A DNA stretch of 64,000 bases from Chrysomallon squamiferum. Its lineage: Eukaryota; Animalia; Mollusca. How positions within the stretch are numbered: the stretch's first letter is position 1; the number at the start of each line of letters is the position of its first letter. The notes below the pieces were generated by a model. The model worked only from the letters and a program-made list of their open reading frames with translations, was not told the DNA's origin and did no database searches. Both the position numbers and the translations under genes were made by a program. Positions 12,886 to 64,000 of this stretch are shown here, in pieces. The DNA lies in assembly GCA_012295275.1 (NCBI GenBank), contig CM022665.1, positions 45,074,001 to 45,138,000 on the forward strand. Direction: 5' to 3'.

Positions 12886-13666
12886 GTGGAGATTAATGAC
12901 TGATTAATTTATAACCCTTAAAACGCAAACATTTTTTTTTTTTTAATTATTAAATGAATTAATGTGTTTGTCAGGAACTACTAGTACCTGACTTTTACTA
13001 TTAACTAGTGGATTTCTTTTAAAAAAATAAAATATTTCCACAGAAAAAAAAAAAAAAACATGTCCTGTGACATACGTGTGATGGTTATGATAACGACGAT
13101 AATGATGATGATGATGATTATGATGATGATCAGAAGAAGATGATTAAGACGTGGAATTGTTCAAATTGTTTTATTGTGATGTCCTTCTACAGCTCTGTAC
13201 AATGTATTGTTATTATTATTATTATTATTATAATTATTATTATTATTATTATGTATCATGTGAAATGGACACAGCATTAATGAAAAGGTAAAAATCTAAC
13301 AATATTATCGTGACAAGCCAGCACTATGAAAGAACCAACAAATGTAACAAAGACAAATTTTATCCTAACGAATACGTGTGTATTTTTTTTCTTCTTTTTC
13401 TCATCTCATCTCATCTTGGTCCAGTACAATTTTCACACTTATCATTTCAACAACAAAAACAAAAAATTCTGTTATATTTTAAAATACATAATTTATAATA
13501 TATATTGTTTTATTATTTATTTCTAAACTGGTCTACATTATGCATTTAAAAGTTTAAAAAATAATAAATAATGAAATTATATAACCAATCAACGTACTTT
13601 CGATTGCGCTGTAAACGGACAACAATAATTGCAAATCTCTCTGTACTTGCCAGTCAGAAAAATCAA

Positions 13667-13709
<43 letters not shown>

Positions 13710-13754
13710 AAAAAAAAAGACGGGAATGAGATCAAGAACTATTGCTTTTGTTAA

Positions 13755-14035
13755 TATTAGACAGCGCCATCTACGATCTTTTCTGATTGGATAATAACAA
13801 ATTATCTGATAGGTCAATGAATTTTGTCAGACAGCGCCATCTACGGTCGTTACTGATTGGATAATAAGAACTGCACTGTTTAGTCGGTGCTAACACTTTC
13901 CGGGCGGGTAAGAAACAATATTATACTGGTGTTCGAATTATGAGTATTTGTCATCGTCTACGACAAGTTCTCATTAGACATTCAGGGAAATAATCCGATT
14001 GGTTGGAAGCTTATTGGCGTCATTTCTGATTGGAC
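13755..14035. promoter_or_regulatory. CTCF/YY1-like plus CCAAT-box cluster between convergent genes
   Basis: AGACAGCGCCATCTACG twice at 70-bp spacing (13759, 13829), each followed by CTGATTGGATAATAA; further ATTGG at about 13998, 14013 and 14029. Confidence 0.4.
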
Positions 14036-15095
14036 AAGAAGTATTCCGATCGATTACTGGATAAAAGTCAAAAGTCGGATGATAACATGTGCGTTAAACC
14101 ATTATTCTGAAAGATGAATATTCCATTCCTAGCTTTTACATACATACATAGGGATATTTCATATATATATACTTTTTTAACTGTTATATTTACAGCTAAG
14201 CAGCTGTATTATATTTTATACTGTTGTGCAGCCCAAATATGTGACTGTTGATCCATCTTATCAAGTACAGTATTTGGACTGTCAGACAAATCACAAACAA
14301 TTTTAATAGTGACATTTTTCTTCCTGGTTGATATCCAATAAAAACAAGTCTTGATAGTGTCACAGCCTTTTGTAAAATAATAATAATAATAATAATAATA
14401 AATCAAATATCATTTACATCCAACATAAGTATTCCTCCTAATTTTCTACAATAACGTAATAATTTAGGGTGGGGCATTAAGGAATAAACTAAGAAAAAAA
14501 AAAAATGTATCACACAGTCAAGTTCACTAAATCACTTAGAATTAATTTCCGTTAATATAATTCTAGTATCAACATTAATATTTATCACATGGATGTTTTC
14601 CCCGTGTAATTTCTAACTACCAGGTAACAAGTGCAAAGAGCGTTAGTATTTGAAAACACACAATACCACCTGAATGTTATACAATTTATTATTTTCTTTT
14701 ACATTTTTTTTTTTCTCCCCTTATTTATACTTTAAAGAGACTGTTTATATAACTCTGCAAAGAGCATTAATATTTGCCGTCACATGCTACTTGAATGTTA
14801 TAAAATTTTATTTAATATTTTTATTTTTATTTTATTTTTTTCTTATTTTATAATCTAAAATTTCCATTATACAATTTATTTATTGCTTTATTTTTTTATT
14901 TTTTTCTTGTTTATACTTTAACGTTTCCATTATACTGTCGATATAATAGCACAACAAAAGGTGTATTTAAATGTATCTCTTTAACAAAAATATTTTCTTT
15001 TTACAACTTTCTCTATAACATTTGAAATGAATAGACTCAATCTCCTGTCATTCAACCAGGGGTATAAATCGACTATTACATAAAAGAACAGGATA

Positions 15096-15138
<43 letters not shown>

Positions 15139-15741
15139 TTTATGTCGAACATTCCTAAGTTTGACATAATAATACCAGTAAATTAAATTCAAATTTTAAA
15201 GGCATTAAGTGGGGAAGCCCATGTATAAACTTGCCCATAAATTATGCCAAGAAATCCTTTCTGAATCTCGCTAATTATGTGAAATACAAAACTGTTACTC
15301 AGTAAGTAACTAAACAGCTATATATATATATATATATGTCTGTATGTATGTATGTATATTTATTTATGTATGTATGTATGTACGTATGTATATTTATGTA
15401 TGCATGTATGTATGTATGTATATATGTATGTACTTACGTATGTGTATGTATGTATGTATATGTATATATATATATGTATATACTGTAGAAAATGTCACAG
15501 TGGACTGGAAATGAGGAATGTTTGAACAGATAACAACACAACAGGTACGAATACAAATGAAGAAGAAACAAAAAGAAGAAAACAACCACAACATTGACAT
15601 TTCTATTCAGCACATTGGGTTGGTTTGTTCAACTATAAAAATATAAAACAAAACGCCTGCTACACACACAACAGCCTGTGTCACAACATCGTGTTCACAA
15701 ATATTCATTATGTCTGAGATTGATTTATAGTTTAATTATTT

Positions 15742-15778
<37 letters not shown>

Positions 15779-18362
15779 CAAACATCTTATCTACAGCTTC
15801 AGTCAAAAAGAAATTTCAAAACAAATTTTGACAAAATGACAAAACAACTAAAATAAATACATAAATAAATAATAGTAAGAAAGGAAAAGAAAAGTAACAT
15901 AATAAATAAACCTCTGCATACAAATCTTGAAAAAACATAAATATATACATATTGTTGAAAAATTATAAATCTCTGGAAATGTTTATATATATATATATAT
16001 TTATTTATATTTATGAACTGTAAAAATCTATGTATATCCAACTGTTTTTCTTTCTCAAACTGTCGGACAGAAAGAATGCCAGTGTAACAAGCTTTGAACA
16101 GCTCAATCTGTTTTGTTTTTATCATTGTCGCCTTAAATTAAAAATTCTCCATGATGTGTAAACAAATTATGCATATATAAACCCTGCAAGTTAAATATTA
16201 ACATGAAACAAAAAAAAAAGAAAGAAATAAATACGTTCAACCTGTCTCAACAGTTAAAATATATTAAAAAAAAAAAAAAAAAAAAAATGAAATAATAATA
16301 ATAATAATAATAATAAAAACAATAATAATCCAGACATTAATATAATAACATTTATGGCCAAAAACAAGACATAATTTATGCATATTTTAAATACAAAAAA
16401 TAAATAAATAAATAAATAAACATAATTATTGCACAGATTGGCTGTGTGTGTGTGTGGGAAGGGATTTAAGTTATGAAATTGAGTCAGATGAATTATTTAG
16501 TTATTTAATGAATATAACAAGATTTTTTATCTGTAGTAAACGTATGTCTACATTACTCAATACTTTTGTTAATTTTCGTTAATGAAAAAAGTCCACTAAC
16601 ATTAAAAACTTCAAGTTAATATAAGCTGTTACTGTGGGCTTCATCTTGTGTTTCCATGATTATTTTTAAACACGTGTATTAGTTGTTAATTAATTGTTTA
16701 GCATATGCAATGTCAGGTAATAAATATATAGATATATATAAATATACATACTGGCCCATTAATTTATTATAACAGTTATTCTCTTTTTAATGAGAAAACA
16801 AAAATGGCACAAAGCAGAACAAAATGTAGAAATAAATTTCTGATAAACAAGTAAAAAGTAGTACATTTAAAAAAAAAAAAAAAAAACATGAATTTTAAAA
16901 TGATTATAAATATTATAATTTATATATTGGACATATATATAAAGTTATAGATATCATGGTTTAAATGTTTTAAATATTTTAAACAAAATAACAGTTATTT
17001 CAGTATTTGTTAACAGTTTTGTTTTATTATTAATTTTTGTTATTTTTATTATTAATTTTTTTTATTTAATTTTTTTTTTATCTATGTTTTAATAAATGAT
17101 TAGATGATTTTGAAGAGAGGAAATTATTATTTTGCATATATAAAAAAAAACTAATATAATAAAATAAAATAAATAATTAAAAAATAACTTAATACACAAG
17201 TATACAGCTGTAATATTTTAGTCACTAGAAAAAAAGATTACTTTTACATTATGTGATTGAAATTATATTAAATTTGATTATAAAAATGTATTTTCATTTA
17301 CAAATTCAAAAAGTGTTTCTTAATCTGTACCAGTGACAAGAACTTACTTAAATGAGGAACAGATATTGTATAGTAATTGTTTTCTATCTTATTAATTTAA
17401 AGAAACGTCGTTATTATTTTTAAATCATTAATTTCATCGTACTGACTGTGTTAGGTGAAATAACCTACATAAGACTGAGTAAAAAAAGAATTTAAAAAAA
17501 AAAAAAAAAAAAAACCCCAATCTGTGAACAAATCTATATAACAAAAACCACCAAAAAGCACCCCTACCCATATTTTTGCCTAAATCTTACATAGTGTTTG
17601 ATAAGAAGAAAAAAAAAAATTAAAAATTCACCCCATACTTTTGGCCATATTTTATAGATAAAAAAAACCAAATAAATACCCAGTCCTTTATTTTGGCCGA
17701 AAATGTAATACAGGTGTAAAAATTATGTAAATAAAATATCCACATCCCACTTTTGGCCTCTTCTCATGTACCCAAACCTCTAAATATTAATTCTTCACTT
17801 TTATCACTAACCTTACTGTCCACTCCTGGTCATTCTAAAGAAAGAAATGACAACCATAATGACTAGACTGACACAACATGAGGTTAATATTATACTGGCA
17901 TGAACTTAAGAGTTGTATGTGATAATCTCTATAACATACAGTGGTTATATTGGACTTTATCCTAGTTCTAAGTTTTCTAGTTAAATAGTAAATATAATCA
18001 ATTAGTGTAAAAAAAAGATTAAAGTTTTATTTTATTTTTATTGCTTTTTATTTTATTTTATTTTATTTTATTTTTTTAAATATTTTCACCCTTAATTATA
18101 GATTTATTTATTTATATTTTGTTGTTTAGAATTATATTTTTTATTCATGCAATTTATATTTGTTCTTATATTAAATTATATTTTTATTCTTGTAATATAT
18201 ATTTATTCTTATATTAAATTATAATAAATTTTATTACTTAAATTATTTTTTGATTATTTAAAATTGTTTTTCATTTTCTAAATATTAAAATTAGATATTT
18301 AAAGTATTCCAAAACCTAATTATTTTTTAAAATTATTTTAAAATTATTTTAAAATTTTTTTA

Positions 18363-18411
<49 letters not shown>

Positions 18412-18723
18412 AGATAAATTATTTACTTACTTAAATTTTGAAAAAATTAACCAAAAATAACCAAAACTGAAAGTAAAAGAAAAAAATACTGGCTTTCCCC
18501 ATGACTAGATTGAAGATTATGTCATGGTTAAAATTTCCAACAAATTTTCAAATTTATTTACTGATTTCAGTCACTCTAAATACTATCAACAATAACAATA
18601 TCTTGCAGTCACACAAAATATCTACACATAACATGATTAATTTACACAAAGCATGAAATATAACAAATTTTGTTTTTATATATATATACATTACATACAC
18701 TCTCAGACTTTCTGTGTCTCAGG

Positions 18724-18759
<36 letters not shown>

Positions 18760-18966
18760 ATTTATGTATATTTTATATAAATAAGTTTATCATTTTTTCT
18801 TTTAAAAAAAAAGAAAAAGATCAGTTTTAATAAATGGGTAAATTTCATTTTTTTTTTTTTTTTTTAATTTTTTTAATTTAATTTCAACTGTGAACTTTGG
18901 ACTTGGGCCCCATATTTTTGTGTTGGCACAAAAAGAAATTCATTTTCTGACAAGTTAACATACACG

Positions 18967-19003
<37 letters not shown>

Positions 19004-19799
19004 AAAGAAAAAAAAAATCCTAGAGATCATTATTTATATCACGACATTTCTTTAAAGAATGTGCGAGTCACAGATGAGGGGGTCAAAGGTCAGAGATGAT
19101 AAAATTTCTATTGAGGAATGTAGTCATTACACTATACAAAATGTACACAGAGTTATCTATGTACAACAGAAGAAAAAAAAAAAATCCATACTCTATAGTA
19201 CATAAATGTAACTGATCTACGACTGGCAACGTAGCAATATTAATAAAATTAAAAATAAAAATGTGAAATTAGTATTAACAATGCTTAATTAATGATGGTA
19301 ATAATAATGATGAAGATAAATTAATGTTAATACTAACAATGGTAAATTAGAATTAATAATAACAGTCAAATAATAATAATAATAATAGGAAATTAATATC
19401 ATTTAATAAATTAGTAATAAATACAGTTGTGTTTATATGTGTATATATGTATGTATATATCATAAAGAAATGACTAAATTAATAATAATAATAATAACAA
19501 AATAATGGATGTATATAGTAACGCTGATTATTATAACAATATTAACAGTTATCTTTTCATGACTAAAAAAAAAAAAAAAAAATTAAATTAGAGTTATCCT
19601 TCCCAAAGCGTAGTAAATATGAAGAAGAAAAACCAGTCTTTCATTTTGTCACATAATCTGTCAAAATAATAATAACAATGATGTCATGTAATTTACCATC
19701 TTTTCCATATTGCACTTTTCTCTTCCACCAATGTAAAACAAAAGGATCAAATACTGATCCAATAATAATTAATAATAATAATAATAACAATAATAATAA

Positions 19800-19841
<42 letters not shown>

Positions 19842-19870
19842 TAATGATAATAAATACTTGCAATTATAAC

Positions 19871-19902
<32 letters not shown>

Positions 19903-20273
19903 CAACAACAAACAAGAATGTCAAACTATCACAAATTATTCTTTTAAAAAAAATGCCACAAAAATCTACCAGACATACCAGCAGACTTGAATATGCAGAT
20001 TAAAGAGATCTATTCTAAATCGCTGTGGAATGATAAGACATTAATTACAGAAGTAAAACATGAATTATATATACGTATATAATATATGTTATATATATAT
20101 ATATATAAATAAACGCTATACACTTTTTTTTTCTCCTTCAAAGTGACAAATATGCATTTTAACAAATACTTCAGCAAAAAAAAAAAATAATAATAACAGG
20201 AGGAGGAATAAAGATTTTTTTTTCTTTTCAGATCACAATTGTTTTTATAATTTGTGCCACTGACAAAATAAAC

Positions 20274-20313
<40 letters not shown>

Positions 20314-20315
20314 CA

Positions 20316-20346
<31 letters not shown>

Positions 20347-20771
20347 GATTTAAAAAAAATCACACAAGTTTTGAGCAGTTAATTGTCTCTTTTTCTTTTT
20401 TTTCTTCTTTTTCTTTTACCCAGAGGTATTTGTTCGGCAATCTCCAGCCCCCACACCGTCACTCCAAAAACACACAGATGTTATTCTTTTATTTTATTTT
20501 TTTTTCTACCCTTTTTTTTTTTTTTTTTTTTTATTAAATTTTAAAATTTTTAAAATCGATTATTTAACTGACTCCGGAACGATGAGCCAAACCACTGGAG
20601 TGCATGCATCTGTCGCAAAAACTGGTGAGTCGTCCACGAACGAAATAAAGAGACCCAGAGGAGCTTTGCTACAAGGAACCACCCCCAGAGGGTACGTACG
20701 GGTGTGGCGGTATATTGTCCATCGACTTTTGGTGCTACAAAACGCTAGGTGCATCAACAGAGAAAGCAGCT

Positions 20772-63846
<43,075 letters not shown>

Positions 63847-64000
63847 CTGAAATAGGAAACAAAACAAAAAAATCATCAAAAACAACAGTCATTTCAAATT
63901 TATTTTATTCAGTTTTACAATAATTCATCCGATTTTCATTTAAAATGTTTCTCCACGATAATGCAACCTTATTCAGTATAAAAATAAATATTCTGCATTC

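Overview
AT-rich, microsatellite-dense animal genomic DNA. The composition suggests a mollusc, possibly a cephalopod, but this is inference only. Three genes are visible. (1) The last three coding exons of an unidentified + strand gene (254-1943). (2) A complete 4-coding-exon + strand gene (8180-11785, about 611 aa) with a THEMIS-like CABIT domain, a PPPRPPK proline-rich motif, Tyr motifs and a GAREM-like C-terminal SAM domain. (3) The 3' part of a tomosyn (STXBP5/STXBP5L family) gene on the - strand (63846 down to the stop at 20772), with exon phases that I could chain by hand. The most unusual features are in the tomosyn introns. One phase-0 intron holds a duplicated array of five frame-preserving 27-30 nt microexon candidates (53.1-55.1 kb), and further phase-matched microexon candidates lie at 33.2, 32.3 and 28.3 kb. 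Several minisatellites are built from the gene's own splice junctions: a 74-bp branchpoint/acceptor/exon-start unit x11, an AG|GT donor unit x~19, duplicated donors, and an antisense 5'-splice-site array. Some exons are frameshifted or garbled, most likely from assembly error. No RNA genes or CRISPR arrays were seen.
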